Shown: in pieces, positions 49,174 through 59,604 of the stretch
Layout: each line of letters begins with the position of its first letter
How positions within the stretch are numbered: position 1 is the first letter of the stretch
Assembly (NCBI GenBank): GCA_963837955.1
Contig: CAWIPH010000002.1
Span: 3,904,001-3,968,000, forward strand
Length of the DNA stretch: 64,000 nucleotides
Direction of reading: 5' to 3'
Origin: an uncultured Verrucomicrobiae bacterium
GTDB lineage: Bacteria > Verrucomicrobiota > Verrucomicrobiia > Chthoniobacterales > JAFAMB01
Notes under the pieces: model-generated
What the model saw: only the letters and a program-made list of their open reading frames with translations
Told to the model about the DNA's origin: nothing
The model's database searches: none
Translations under genes and position numbers: made by a program

Positions 49174-49202
49174 TTGCAACCTTTCTCACAGCGCTGGTGT
49201 CC
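49174..49202 (+). promoter_or_regulatory. Putative ECF sigma promoter, copy 1
   Basis: TTGCAAC-N16-GTGTCC, repeated exactly 300 bp downstream. Confidence 0.55.
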
Positions 49203-49228
49203 TCTGATTGAAGAGGAGGATGTGCATT

Positions 49229-49507
49229 ATGAGAAACAAAATTGTCTATTTCCCGCTCGGAGCCGAGGCTCGTGCCGAACGAATCAATGCCTATCGGCCT
49301 ACGACCCGAGCCGAAACAGCTATTGCAATTTGGCTCTGCGGCTGGGCCATGGTAACCGCGGGGGAATGTATTCGCCAAGTCAGCAAGTTGCCGATTGCAG
49401 CCGCTCCGCCGGCTCACCTGATCTATGTGGCCCTTACCCACGCCGGCCAGTCAAACCCGTGCCGGCGACAATCTTGCAACTTTTCTCAGGCCGACTGTGT
49501 CCTGTGA
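49229..49507 (+). CDS. Small protein, paralog 1
   Basis: GAGGAGG RBS. KIVYFP...RAETAIAIWLCGWAMVTAGECIRQ. Confidence 0.65.
   Translation: MRNKIVYFPLGAEARAERINAYRPTTRAETAIAIWLCGWAMVTAGECIRQVSKLPIAAAPPAHLIYVALTHAGQSNPCRRQSCNFSQADCVL
49474..49502 (+). promoter_or_regulatory. Putative ECF sigma promoter, copy 2
   Basis: TTGCAAC-N16-GTGTCC, 9 nt before ATG 49512. Confidence 0.55.
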
Positions 49508-49511
49508 TTGA

Positions 49512-49694
49512 ATGAACCAGATGAACAGCAAGATTGTCAATTTCCCCTCCCCGATAGCCAAAAGCGGCTTCGAACGGATCGAGGGCTACAAGTGCGCCAA
49601 CCGAGCTGAAGCTCTGATCGCCATCTGGCTCTGCGGCTGGGCCTTGTTAACGGCGGCGGAATGTATTCGCCAAATGAGTTTTCTCGCAATTTGA
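49512..49694 (+). CDS. Small protein, paralog 2
   Basis: KIVNFP...RAEALIAIWLCGWALLTAAECIRQ. Confidence 0.65.
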   Translation: MNQMNSKIVNFPSPIAKSGFERIEGYKCANRAEALIAIWLCGWALLTAAECIRQMSFLAI

Positions 49695-49721
49695 TCGATC
49701 ACGGCAACGATTCCCACGATA

Positions 49722-50285
49722 ATGGTTAGTACCGCACCTTTGCCGCTGGCCGGTTACCATCGCCAGCCTCTCTGCGGACTCGAGACCACGATGGCGCAAG
49801 TCCAGGAGTTCGAGACGCTGGTCCGAAATTACCAGAATATGGTGTTTTCGGTTGCGACTAGAATTGTCGGAAGTGTCGCCGATGCCGAAGATATTACCCA
49901 AGAAGTATTTATTAAGGCCTATGACCGGTTTGCCGATCTACAACAGAGTAACTCAATCGGCGGTTGGTTAAAAACCGTCGCAACAAACCTGTCCATCAAT
50001 CACCTGAACCGTTACCGCGCGCGTTGGCGTTTTTTTTCGGAACAAGAAGGCGAACCGGAACTGGCTGCTCCAGTCGAGAAAGTCGACGACCGACGCGAAC
50101 TCTTGGAACTAGCTATTCGGAAACTACCCGATGCACAAAGAGTGCCACTTGTTCTCTTCCACTTCCAAGAATTGAGTTACGAAGAAATTGCTACCAAACT
50201 CGGCATCTCGCTCGCCAAAGTGAAAACGGATATTCATCGGGCTCGGGAAACGCTACGCAAATTGATTGGAAACCGACATGAATGA
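49722..50285 (+). CDS. ECF RNA polymerase sigma factor
   Basis: DAEDITQEVFIKAY, WLKTVATN and LSYEEIA..LGI....VKT.IHRAR. Start uncertain. Confidence 0.93.
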   Translation: MVSTAPLPLAGYHRQPLCGLETTMAQVQEFETLVRNYQNMVFSVATRIVGSVADAEDITQEVFIKAYDRFADLQQSNSIGGWLKTVATNLSINHLNRYRARWRFFSEQEGEPELAAPVEKVDDRRELLELAIRKLPDAQRVPLVLFHFQELSYEEIATKLGISLAKVKTDIHRARETLRKLIGNRHE

Positions 50286-50697
50286 TCACGATTGGTTAGA
50301 CGAGGAACTACGAAATCTTCCGGATCTGACCGCACCGACAAACCTGGTTCCAGATGTAATGAAACGGGTTCGGGAACGGGCCAGTCAACCGATATGGATA
50401 AGGTTCTGGCGAGAGCACTGGGCGTTGATTCGCAATTCGAGCCTCGGACTATCATTGGCATTACTGATTCTGCTGGTTTGGCTGAATCCAGCCCGGTTGT
50501 TCTCTTCGCTGGTGGGTGTCTCTCCCATCTTTCGAGTTACGGCTGAGATTTTGGATATCGCAGTAACGATCCTGAATTCGGCTCGAATTTTCCAAATGCC
50601 GCTTTGGCTGGTGGTTCTCGTTATCACGGTCGCGAGCTACGGTACCTGCATCCTGGCCGCCTCAACGGTCCAGCGATTGTCTGCAACAAGATCATGA
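50278..50697 (+). CDS. Putative membrane anti-sigma factor
   Basis: Overlaps the sigma stop. LR.LP...AP......VM N-terminus and two TM segments. Confidence 0.7.
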   Translation: MNDHDWLDEELRNLPDLTAPTNLVPDVMKRVRERASQPIWIRFWREHWALIRNSSLGLSLALLILLVWLNPARLFSSLVGVSPIFRVTAEILDIAVTILNSARIFQMPLWLVVLVITVASYGTCILAASTVQRLSATRS

Positions 50698-52304
50698 AAA
50701 TGATTCTTGCAGCAGGGGTGCTAGGGCTGACGCTGCTCCAGGCAACCGGAAACGACCAAAGTCATCACCTTGATCAATGCCCAATGGAGCATTGGCTGCG
50801 GGTCGCCGAATGGCTCTCTGGCCGGCAAATATCGGCGCAAGTTTCCGCTACTCGGACCGAGCACCATTGGGAAATCGGATCGGACAAAGAGCAAGGCAGT
50901 GTTATTACCGGGCAGAATTTTGTGCTGGAAAAGGGCGAGTCGACCAACGGCGACCTCGTGCTCGTCCGCGGCCATGCCAAGATCGATGGAACGGTGAACG
51001 GGGACTGCGTTCTTGTCGGGAGCGACGCGGATGTCAGCGGAACGATTAACGGCGACACCGTAAGCGTGGCTTCAAAAATGCGATTTTCGCCAGGGACCGT
51101 GGTAAATGGCGACTTTGTCTCCTGCGTCTCCAGCATCTCCGGCGGCGAAAACGTCCACGTCAACGGCGATCGATTCAACCTCGATATCTTCCCTCCCGAC
51201 ACCATTCTCGGATTCGACAAGTGGTTTTCCGGAACCGTCCTGCTGTTGCGCCCGATGTCGCCTGACTCCTTTACCTCATGGTTCGGCGCCCTCTTCGTGC
51301 TGGTGTTCTGCCTGGGTATTGGTGCGCTGTTTCCAAGGCTGCTTGCTGACACCGGAAGGGTTTTGCAAGAGCGCGCGCCCGCTTCATTGCTGTCCGGATT
51401 GGCCATTGTTCCGGCCGCAGCGTTGTTCTGCTTCCTGCTGTTGATCACGGTCTTGGGAATTTTCGTGATTCCCTTTGTGGTCGCGACACTCGTCGTCTTT
51501 TCGCTGATTGGAAATGCCGCCGTTTTTCAAGCGATCGGCCGGCGCCTGGCTCCTAAACTCGAAGAACAGAAGCATGGCACCCTCGCTTGGATTGCGCTCG
51601 GAGCCGTCGTCTGTTGGATTATTTATTGTATCCCGGTGATCGGCTTCCTGGCTGGCAGTCTCGTTTTCCTGGCTGGGTTGGGCGCATTTAGTTTGTACAT
51701 TGTCGACCGCGCGCGCGCGACTCCGGCAGCTCGTTTGAATGCTCCGGCTAAATCAATAACCAACGGCCCCAGCCTGGAATCTGCCCAAGTCCGTCCCGTC
51801 CGAACCTTGGCTCCCGCCGGTATGCCTGATTTCTGGCGGCGTCTTGGCGCAAACTTAATTGACCTCATCGTGCTGTACTCCCTGCTCCAATTCACAGGCA
51901 TAACACGTATCGTGGTTCCCGCGTGGGTGCTTTACCGCTTCGGTATGTACATTTGGAGGAGTGCCACTTTAGGGGAGATCGTCATGAATCTTCGCGTCGA
52001 AAAACTGGATGGCGGTACCTTGGTCGGCGACTACGGCACGGCGTTAGTGCGGGCATTGGCGAGTCTGCTCTCTCTGCTGCCATTGGGGTTGGGATTCCTC
52101 TGGATTTTGTTTGATCCCCAACGGCAGACGTGGCACGACAAGATTAGTGGATCGGCGGTGGTGCCGATCGCTCCTCGAATCGAGCCGAAAAGTCCTCCCC
52201 CACCAACTGATCAACCGCCCGTTGGATCTCCTCCGCCCGATCAGCCGCCGCCGAAACCTCCACCGCCAACGTCTCCGCCACCAATCGAACCCCCAGCAGC
52301 TTAA
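50694..52304 (+). CDS. Membrane protein: beta-helical (bactofilin-like) repeats + TM region + RDD domain + Pro-rich tail
   Basis: G.V.GD repeats. FWRRLGANLID, TLG...MNLRV and QTWHDKI (RDD). Confidence 0.82.
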   Translation: MKMILAAGVLGLTLLQATGNDQSHHLDQCPMEHWLRVAEWLSGRQISAQVSATRTEHHWEIGSDKEQGSVITGQNFVLEKGESTNGDLVLVRGHAKIDGTVNGDCVLVGSDADVSGTINGDTVSVASKMRFSPGTVVNGDFVSCVSSISGGENVHVNGDRFNLDIFPPDTILGFDKWFSGTVLLLRPMSPDSFTSWFGALFVLVFCLGIGALFPRLLADTGRVLQERAPASLLSGLAIVPAAALFCFLLLITVLGIFVIPFVVATLVVFSLIGNAAVFQAIGRRLAPKLEEQKHGTLAWIALGAVVCWIIYCIPVIGFLAGSLVFLAGLGAFSLYIVDRARATPAARLNAPAKSITNGPSLESAQVRPVRTLAPAGMPDFWRRLGANLIDLIVLYSLLQFTGITRIVVPAWVLYRFGMYIWRSATLGEIVMNLRVEKLDGGTLVGDYGTALVRALASLLSLLPLGLGFLWILFDPQRQTWHDKISGSAVVPIAPRIEPKSPPPPTDQPPVGSPPPDQPPPKPPPPTSPPPIEPPAA

Positions 52305-52636
52305 CCCGGAAGGTTCGGTGGCGACTGCATCTTGTGATTTTGGCCGCGATCGGTCGCTCTGTGTCGACCTTTCTGGAGTGTCGGACCTTGGGCCTGTCTG
52401 GACAGTCGCCGCTACCGAAGAATGTCGCCATCGTTCGTCCAATGCCCAGAGCGACACGCCACGACACGGCGACTCTCATTTTCTATCAACCGCGAATAGA
52501 TCCGCCTTCGCTGTGCTGGAGCGAAAAAACGGTGCTGAAAAAGCTATGGCGGACAAGCTACTGATGGACGCGAACCGAAGAGAGTGTATTCCTTTAAAAT
52601 TCACGTCCTTTCGTGGCTTGTGAACATCACCAAACA

Positions 52637-54775
52637 ATGTCTAGCATAATTCGAACGCTAGTGCTCTTCACGATGAGCATGCCAGTGTCACTTTCCATTT
52701 CAGCTCCGACTCCGCCGCTGGCACCTCAACACGCTCATCTTATCAGCCAGCAGGGACTAAATCGGAATGACCCGTTTTTCTGGCTACGCGATAAGACAAA
52801 CCCAGAAACGATCAAATACCTGGAAGCCGAGAATCGGTACACCGATCTGGTGCTCAAACCGGTGCAAGGGCTACGAGAAAAATTGTATCACGAGATGCGA
52901 GGACGCATTCAGGAAACGGATCTCTCGGTTCCCTGCCGAATCGACGATTACTATTACTATTCGCGTAGTGAAGCTGGAAAGCAGTACGAAATCTTTTGCC
53001 GCAAGAAAGGCGATTTGAACGCGCCCGAGGAAATACTCTTAGATGAAAACTTGCTGGCTAAAGGACTTAAGTATTTCAGCGTCGGTGTGTGCTCGGTAAG
53101 TCCCGATCACCGCCTGCTTGCTTATTCTGTGGATACCGATGGTGGAGAAGAATTCACGCTTCGGATAAAGAATCTGGAAACCGGAGAGTTGCTGCCCGAC
53201 ACCATAACCGGTTCTTCCTATTCTTTTGCTTGGGCCAACGACAGTCGCTCGTTCTTTTACGATCAACTCGATGCCGCCAAACGGCCGTTCAAGGCGATGC
53301 ACCACACCCTCGGCAGCAGCGTCCACACGGACCGCGTCATCCTGGAAGAACCGGACGAGCGCTTCGAGCTTTCCATCTCAAAGTCTCGCAGCCGAGAGTT
53401 CATTTTCTTTGAAGTCGAAAGTAAGTTGGCTACCGAGGTTCGCTTTGTTCACGCTGATCGTCCGGACGAAACCCCTTTCTTGATCCAAGCTCGGGAAAAA
53501 GAGTTGATCTATCATGTCGATCATCACGGAGATCGCTTTTTTCTGGTTACCAACGACAACGCAAAAAATTTCAAGATTGTTTCGGCTCCGGTTGACCGGC
53601 CGTCGAAAGAAAATTGGTCCGATTTCGTTCCATACGATCCGGATATCGCCATCAGCGGAATAGACGCATTTAAGAATCATTTGGTTGTGCTGGAACGGCG
53701 ACGCGGATTGCCGATCGTTCGGGTCTACAACCTGGAGACAGGTGAGAGTCAAGATATCGATTTTGCGGAACCTGCTTACTGCGTCGAATTGGGTGAAAAT
53801 CCCGAATTCACCTCCAGCACCGTCCGGCTGGCATTCAGTTCTCTCATTACTCCGAATTCAGTGATCGATTACGACATGGTCGCGAAGACCAAGACCACCC
53901 GGAAACAGATGCCGGTGCTCGGAGGTTTTGATCGAGATCGGTATACCGAAGAGCAGATATACGCCAAAGCAAATGACGGGGCAGAGATTCCGATCTCCTT
54001 ATTTTATCGGAAAGGCTTTCAGCGAAACGGATCAGCGCCGATCTTTCTTACCGGCTATGGCGCTTACGGCGACAGTGAAGAGTCAGAATTTAGCGCTACG
54101 CGACTCAGCCTGGTAGATCGAGGGTTTGTGTTCGCAATTGCTCATATTCGAGGAGGCGGCGAGCTGGGAAGAACCTGGTACGAAGACGGCAAGCTGTTAA
54201 AGAAGAAAAACACATTCACCGACTTCACCCGTTGCGCGGAATACCTGTTGGAGCAGAAATACGGTTCTCCACATGCGCTTGCGATTTATGGCGGCAGCGC
54301 GGGCGGGTTGTTGATGGGTAGCGTGATGAATATGCGCCCAGACCTTTTCAAGACTGTGATTGCCGCAGTGCCGTTCGTCGACGTGTTAAATACTATGTCC
54401 GACCCGTCGCTTCCGCTCACCGTTACCGAATACGAGGAATGGGGAAACCCGGCAGACCCGAAATACTACGATTATATTCGGTCTTATTCTCCGTACGATA
54501 ACATCGAGAACCGGCTCTACCCGAACCTTTTCGTGACAGCTGGATTAAACGATCCTCGGGTAAGCTACTGGGAGCCAGCAAAATGGGTCGCCAAACAACG
54601 TGCACTCAACAAGCAGAACCGCTCATTGCTGCTCTACACCAACATGGGTGCCGGGCACCACGGTGAAAGCGGGCGTTTTGATCGGCTGAAGACCTACGCG
54701 ATGGAGTATGCGTTTCTACTACAGACGTTCGGTATGACCGGATCTGAGTCTGCGGTCGCTCGAATCAATAATTAG
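52637..54775 (+). CDS. ptrB: Oligopeptidase B (S9A)
   Basis: DPFFWLRD, YLEAEN, GGSAGGLL, DPRVSYWEPAKW and AGH motifs. Confidence 0.93.
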   Translation: MSSIIRTLVLFTMSMPVSLSISAPTPPLAPQHAHLISQQGLNRNDPFFWLRDKTNPETIKYLEAENRYTDLVLKPVQGLREKLYHEMRGRIQETDLSVPCRIDDYYYYSRSEAGKQYEIFCRKKGDLNAPEEILLDENLLAKGLKYFSVGVCSVSPDHRLLAYSVDTDGGEEFTLRIKNLETGELLPDTITGSSYSFAWANDSRSFFYDQLDAAKRPFKAMHHTLGSSVHTDRVILEEPDERFELSISKSRSREFIFFEVESKLATEVRFVHADRPDETPFLIQAREKELIYHVDHHGDRFFLVTNDNAKNFKIVSAPVDRPSKENWSDFVPYDPDIAISGIDAFKNHLVVLERRRGLPIVRVYNLETGESQDIDFAEPAYCVELGENPEFTSSTVRLAFSSLITPNSVIDYDMVAKTKTTRKQMPVLGGFDRDRYTEEQIYAKANDGAEIPISLFYRKGFQRNGSAPIFLTGYGAYGDSEESEFSATRLSLVDRGFVFAIAHIRGGGELGRTWYEDGKLLKKKNTFTDFTRCAEYLLEQKYGSPHALAIYGGSAGGLLMGSVMNMRPDLFKTVIAAVPFVDVLNTMSDPSLPLTVTEYEEWGNPADPKYYDYIRSYSPYDNIENRLYPNLFVTAGLNDPRVSYWEPAKWVAKQRALNKQNRSLLLYTNMGAGHHGESGRFDRLKTYAMEYAFLLQTFGMTGSESAVARINN

Positions 54776-54858
54776 TCAAAGATTAGTAGCCAGAAACAGG
54801 ATTGCGGATTGACCGGCTGGCCGACGGCAGGTTAGGAAATGATTTCTTTTTCCACCGC

Positions 54859-56937
54859 GTGAATCAAGACGTTTCCAAGCCCAAATCCGTCAATTGGCCA
54901 TCCATCGAGGGCTCTCCCAACCCACTCGGTGTCACGTACCTACCCGAAGAAAACGCTTACAACTTTGCGCTATACTCCCAGAACGCGCGGGAGGTGACTC
55001 TGCTTTTCTATAGCGCGGACGATTTTGTAACTCCAGTCTTCGAGACGCCGCTGGATCCGTTTAGTCACAAAACCAAGCGGGTATGGCACTGCCGTCTTAG
55101 GCTGGAACAACTTGCGCATGTCCGTTATTACGCCTACCGAGTCAACGGGCCGGCTCCTCACGCGCCAAACCAGTGGCATTCTTTTGATCCCGAAAAAATT
55201 CTGCACGATCCGTACGCCAAAGCGCTTTTTTTTCCTCCCGAATTTAGCCGCGAAGCCGCAAAAAAGCCGGGGAGCAATGCGGGACGCGCACCCCTCGGTG
55301 TGCTGTCACCGCCAACAGCTGGAAACAATCGACCTTCCGTTTCTCCACCGCGTCATTACTCAGATGCAATCATTTATGAAATGCATGTCCGCGGATTTAC
55401 AGCGAATCCCACTGGCGGTGTTGCAGTAGAACGCCGCGGGACTTTCGCCGGGATTGTCGAGAAGATCCCATATCTGGTTGACCTCGGAGTCACGATTGTC
55501 GAACTGATGCCGGTTCATCAGTTTGATCCCCAGGAAAACAATTATTGGGGGTACATGACCCTCAACTTTTTCTGTCCGCACCTCGCTTACGCCTCGCGAC
55601 CCGAAACGCCGGTCGAGGAATTTAAAGAACTAGTTTCTGCGCTGCATGCGCACGGTATCGAAGTCATTCTTGACGTAGTCTACAACCACACAACGGAAGC
55701 AGACCACTCGGGTCCCACCTACTCTTTCAAAGGGATTGATAACGCCGGCTTTTACTTGATGACGTCGGATCCATCTCAACCCTACGCCAACTTCTCCGGC
55801 ACCGGCAATACCCTTAATCCGACTAACCCGTTGGTCCGAAACCTGATTCTGGACAGCCTCCGTTATTGGGTAACCGAAATGGGAGTGGATGGATTTCGAT
55901 TTGACCTAGCTACAGTGCTGACGCGGAGAGATGACGGCGGCATCGACTCCGAGGATCCTCCACTACTTTCTGCAATGCGAACGGACCCTGTGCTGAGTCA
56001 GGTGCGCCTCATCGCTGAGCCCTGGGACGCCGGTGGCGCATATCAACTAGGGACCGGTTTCCCCGGGATGTTCTGGCACCAATGGAACGGGCAGTTTCGG
56101 GACGATATCCGCCGCTTCGTGCGCGGTGACCCCGGAATGGTGCCAAAAGTGATGCAACGGTTGTACGGGAGCGATGACCTATTTCCCGACCGGATCGAAG
56201 AAGCTCGACGCCCGTTCTACAGCATTAACTACGTCATCTCGCACGATGGCTTTACCTTATACGATCTCGTTTCGTTTGAGCGACGCCACAACCTGGAGAA
56301 TGGCCACCAGAACCTAGATGGACCGGCCGACGACTATAGCTTCAACTGCGGGGCCGAAGGCGACGAAATGCTTACCCCGGAGATTTTGTCCCTGCGGAAG
56401 CGACAAGCCAAGAACCTTTTCTGTTTGCTGATGCTCTCCAACGGCATTCCAATGTTCGCTGCTGGAGATGAATTTTTGCATACGCAAAATGGAAATAGCA
56501 ATCCGTACAATCAGGATAACTCAACCGCTTGGCTGGATTGGAGCCGGCTAGAGCGAAACGCCGATTTTTTTCGCTTCTGTAAACGGATGATCGCTTTCCG
56601 CAAGGCGCATCCAAGCATCTGCCGCAGCCGTTTCTGGCGAGATGACATTCGCTGGCGAGGCGTGGGTGCAGCAACCGATCTTGGTTTCAACTCGCATACT
56701 TTTGCCTATTATTTGAAAGGTAACAGCTATGACGATCAGGATCTGTACGTCATGGTTAACGCTTCAACCGAACCGCTCGACTTCACGATTTTCGATGGAT
56801 TATCGAAGCCCTGGTATCGCGTGCTCGATACGAGTCTGGCCTCGCCGAACGATTTTTGCGAACCAGGCGGGGAAGAAAGAGTAATCGGCTCACAATACCG
56901 AGTCGACGCCAGATCGATCGTGGTACTGATTCATTAG
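54859..56937 (+). CDS. glgX: Glycogen debranching enzyme / isoamylase (GH13)
   Basis: NYWGY, DVVYNHT, DGFRFDLA, IAEPWD and SHDGFTL. Start uncertain. Confidence 0.92.
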   Translation: MNQDVSKPKSVNWPSIEGSPNPLGVTYLPEENAYNFALYSQNAREVTLLFYSADDFVTPVFETPLDPFSHKTKRVWHCRLRLEQLAHVRYYAYRVNGPAPHAPNQWHSFDPEKILHDPYAKALFFPPEFSREAAKKPGSNAGRAPLGVLSPPTAGNNRPSVSPPRHYSDAIIYEMHVRGFTANPTGGVAVERRGTFAGIVEKIPYLVDLGVTIVELMPVHQFDPQENNYWGYMTLNFFCPHLAYASRPETPVEEFKELVSALHAHGIEVILDVVYNHTTEADHSGPTYSFKGIDNAGFYLMTSDPSQPYANFSGTGNTLNPTNPLVRNLILDSLRYWVTEMGVDGFRFDLATVLTRRDDGGIDSEDPPLLSAMRTDPVLSQVRLIAEPWDAGGAYQLGTGFPGMFWHQWNGQFRDDIRRFVRGDPGMVPKVMQRLYGSDDLFPDRIEEARRPFYSINYVISHDGFTLYDLVSFERRHNLENGHQNLDGPADDYSFNCGAEGDEMLTPEILSLRKRQAKNLFCLLMLSNGIPMFAAGDEFLHTQNGNSNPYNQDNSTAWLDWSRLERNADFFRFCKRMIAFRKAHPSICRSRFWRDDIRWRGVGAATDLGFNSHTFAYYLKGNSYDDQDLYVMVNASTEPLDFTIFDGLSKPWYRVLDTSLASPNDFCEPGGEERVIGSQYRVDARSIVVLIH

Positions 56938-57012
56938 GATTGGCGGTTACTGTCCGGCGACGCTCGTGCGCGTGAACATGAAGCCGGCATCTGATTCTCT
57001 GCCCCGGAAGGG

Positions 57013-57357
57013 GGAGGGCGCACGTCCTCGTGCGCCGCGGATCGCGAGGACGCGATCCCTCCCGCCCCGGGGTTTTAACCCCGGGAAACATCCAATCAAA
57101 CGATCCGCCCTGAAGGGCGCAAGGCTCATCTGGATCAGTCCCAAACATGTCGCTCATGGGGGCTATTGTAGCAATGGTACTCGGTTAAGGCGGAGAAGAT
57201 GGCGTGTAACAATTCCACCGCGAGCGATCGACGCATTATATCTTGATCTAACGCCCTTTGACGGCGATCGCGGGGGACACCTTTCCCCGGGGTTAAAACC
57301 CCGGGCGGGAGAGATCGCGTCCTCGCGATCCGCGGCGCACGAGGACGTGCGCCCTCC
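57013..57357. repeat. Composite REP element
   Basis: Same architecture as 48731-49037, between convergent genes. Confidence 0.88.
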
Positions 57358-57364
57358 CCTCCGG

Positions 57365-59215
57365 TCAAACGGGCAATCCGCTGGCCTGTTCCACGAGTTG
57401 TTCCCACTCCGGCAACAACGCCGCAAGTTGGTCGGTCACTTGTTTCAATTCGAGTCCAGTAGCTTCGGAGTCTCGCCCGCTCTGACTCTCCAGGGTACTC
57501 ACCAAAACATTTTGGCGCTGCTCAAGCGCCACGATCTGTTGCTCTATTTTTGACAACCGAGCTCGTAACTCCTGCCGAGCCCGAGATTTAACTTGCCGCT
57601 CTTCCGCCTCGCGGCGCTTACGTTCCTTCCCATCATGGTTTCCGGTGGTCGACGATTCCCAAATATCCCGTTGTGGGTTTTTGGCGCCATTCAGCATCGC
57701 TGCATCTCTGGCGGATTTATCCAAGTAATAATCGTAATCACCCGGAAAAAAGACAACCTCTCCAGAATCAACCTGAAACACCGAAGTCGCTATCTGACGA
57801 ATAAAATAAACATCGTGGCTGATAAAAATTAGCGTCCCTTGATATTGTCGCAGCGCGCCCAGGAGCGCTTCGATGCTTCGCATATCTAAATGCGTTGTTG
57901 GCTCATCCATCAACAGCAGGTTCGGCGGAGCGAGCAGAAGTTTTGCCAGCGCTAAGCGGCTTTTCTCACCCCCACTCAAAACGGACACCGGCTTAAACGC
58001 ATCATCACCGGTAAAAAGAAATGATCCCAAGATCGACCGGACCGCTTGCTCGCCAGGCGGATTAGGAATGTCCGAGGCCTCCGCCAGCACGGTCCGATTC
58101 AGATCAAACATCTCTACCCGATGTTGGGAAAAATAGCCGAGCTCCACGTTGTGGCCCAAGGTTCGTTCACCTTGTTGAACCGGCAATACTCCAGCCAACA
58201 GCTTTAGAAGCGTCGACTTGCCGGCTCCGTTCGGGCCGACCAGCACGCTTTTCTGGCCGCGCTCAATCGTTAGATTCAGTCCGCGGTAGACGACCTGGTC
58301 ACCATAAGCGTGACGAAGGTCTTTCAGCACGAGCACGCGAGCACCGCTCCGCGCCGGTTGCGGAAACCGAAAGTGTACGGAAGCCGACTCCGGCTCGGGC
58401 GCCTCGATCCGCTCCATTCGATCAATCTGTTTGCGTTTGCTTTGGGCCTGAGATGCCTTGGTGTTTTTCGCACCGAATCGATCAATGAACGTCTGGAGTT
58501 TCGCGATCTCGCGTTGCTGATTCTTAAAAGCAGCAAGTTGTTGATCGCGCCGGGCGGTTCGCTGGAGAACGTACTCCTCGTAGTCGCCTTGGTAGTGGAG
58601 CAGCTTTCCACGGTCGAACTCGACGATTTTCTTCACGATCGCGTTCAGGAACGCACGGTCATGAGAGATTAGGACGATGGCGCCACTATATTCCCGCAGA
58701 TAATGTTGTAGCCAGGTAACCGACTGGAGATCGAGATGGTTGGTCGGTTCGTCTAACAGCAGAAGGTCCGGCTGCGCAACGAGCAATCGAGCGAGATGGG
58801 CCCGGATAATCCATCCGCCGCTAAATTCCGAGGTTGGCCGGTTAAAATCGCGCTCACGAAAGGCTAGCCCATTCAAGATCCTCTTGGCCTTAGCTTCCAG
58901 CTGATGATCCGGTTCATCGATCAGTACGGCGGCGTCAGTGTTTGCACCTTCTCCGAACAGCGCGAGCTCCAGAATCGTCTTCGTACCAGTCGGCGCGCTT
59001 TCTTGAGGAAGATACCCGATTCGCGCGTTCTTCTGGAGCGCGACCGTGCCCTTATCCGGGGAATCCTGGCCGAGAATAAGCGAAAACAGCGTTGATTTAC
59101 CCGCGCCGTTCGGACCTATGAGACCGATTCGATCACCCCGATTTACCTGCAACGAGACATCGGTAAAAAGTGTTCTCGCGCCAAAGGCTTTGCTGACTTG
59201 CGAGATGGTGAGCAT
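57365..59215 (-). CDS. ABC-F family ATPase
   Basis: Two GPNGAGKST Walker A motifs, DEPTNHLD and DEPTTHLD, no TM domain. Confidence 0.95.
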   Translation of the reverse strand: MLTISQVSKAFGARTLFTDVSLQVNRGDRIGLIGPNGAGKSTLFSLILGQDSPDKGTVALQKNARIGYLPQESAPTGTKTILELALFGEGANTDAAVLIDEPDHQLEAKAKRILNGLAFRERDFNRPTSEFSGGWIIRAHLARLLVAQPDLLLLDEPTNHLDLQSVTWLQHYLREYSGAIVLISHDRAFLNAIVKKIVEFDRGKLLHYQGDYEEYVLQRTARRDQQLAAFKNQQREIAKLQTFIDRFGAKNTKASQAQSKRKQIDRMERIEAPEPESASVHFRFPQPARSGARVLVLKDLRHAYGDQVVYRGLNLTIERGQKSVLVGPNGAGKSTLLKLLAGVLPVQQGERTLGHNVELGYFSQHRVEMFDLNRTVLAEASDIPNPPGEQAVRSILGSFLFTGDDAFKPVSVLSGGEKSRLALAKLLLAPPNLLLMDEPTTHLDMRSIEALLGALRQYQGTLIFISHDVYFIRQIATSVFQVDSGEVVFFPGDYDYYLDKSARDAAMLNGAKNPQRDIWESSTTGNHDGKERKRREAEERQVKSRARQELRARLSKIEQQIVALEQRQNVLVSTLESQSGRDSEATGLELKQVTDQLAALLPEWEQLVEQASGLPV

Positions 59216-59280
59216 GGAGCGCCTAGCTTACACGAGAACGCAGGCAATTAAAGTTGACGGTTAACGGTTGGCGTTCGGCC

Positions 59281-59561
59281 GGTAGGCACCGGCTCCTGAG
59301 AGAAGTCGTCCCGGAGGGACTCAATGAAAGTAGCCCAGTACGAAGTGCTGGGAAATCATGCAAAAAGAGACGTCCGTCCCGTCCGGGACGATAGAAGCGT
59401 TTTGGTTCCTGGTCCTCTCGTATGCGGCTTCACGAGCGTAAGGAGCCATCGATCGTCCCGTCCGGGACGGGTTGTTTTTTGAACGCCACCCCAGCACTTC
59501 GTGCTGGGCTACTTTCATTGAGTCCCTCCGGGACCAATCGTCTCGGGAGCCGGTCCCTACC
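59281..59561. repeat. GTCCC-family palindromic element nested in a GTAG-type REP pair
   Basis: Inner 59308-59534 has 31-bp TIRs. Outer arms are GGTAGGCACCGGCTCCTGAGA and TCTCGGGAGCCGGTCCCTACC. Confidence 0.85.
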
Positions 59562-59604
59562 GAGCGTCGAGGCTTTTCGCCTACCAACATAGGCAGGTTG
59601 CGCC

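Noticed and set aside
48786..49207. Long ORFs over REP composites (also 56947-57553 and 62492-62701)
   Set aside because: GC-rich repeat translations (RDPRRTRTCALP recurs at each copy), with no coding evidence.
52190..52300. Short GC-rich tandem repeats
   Set aside because: Explained by the Pro-rich C-terminal tail of the RDD protein.
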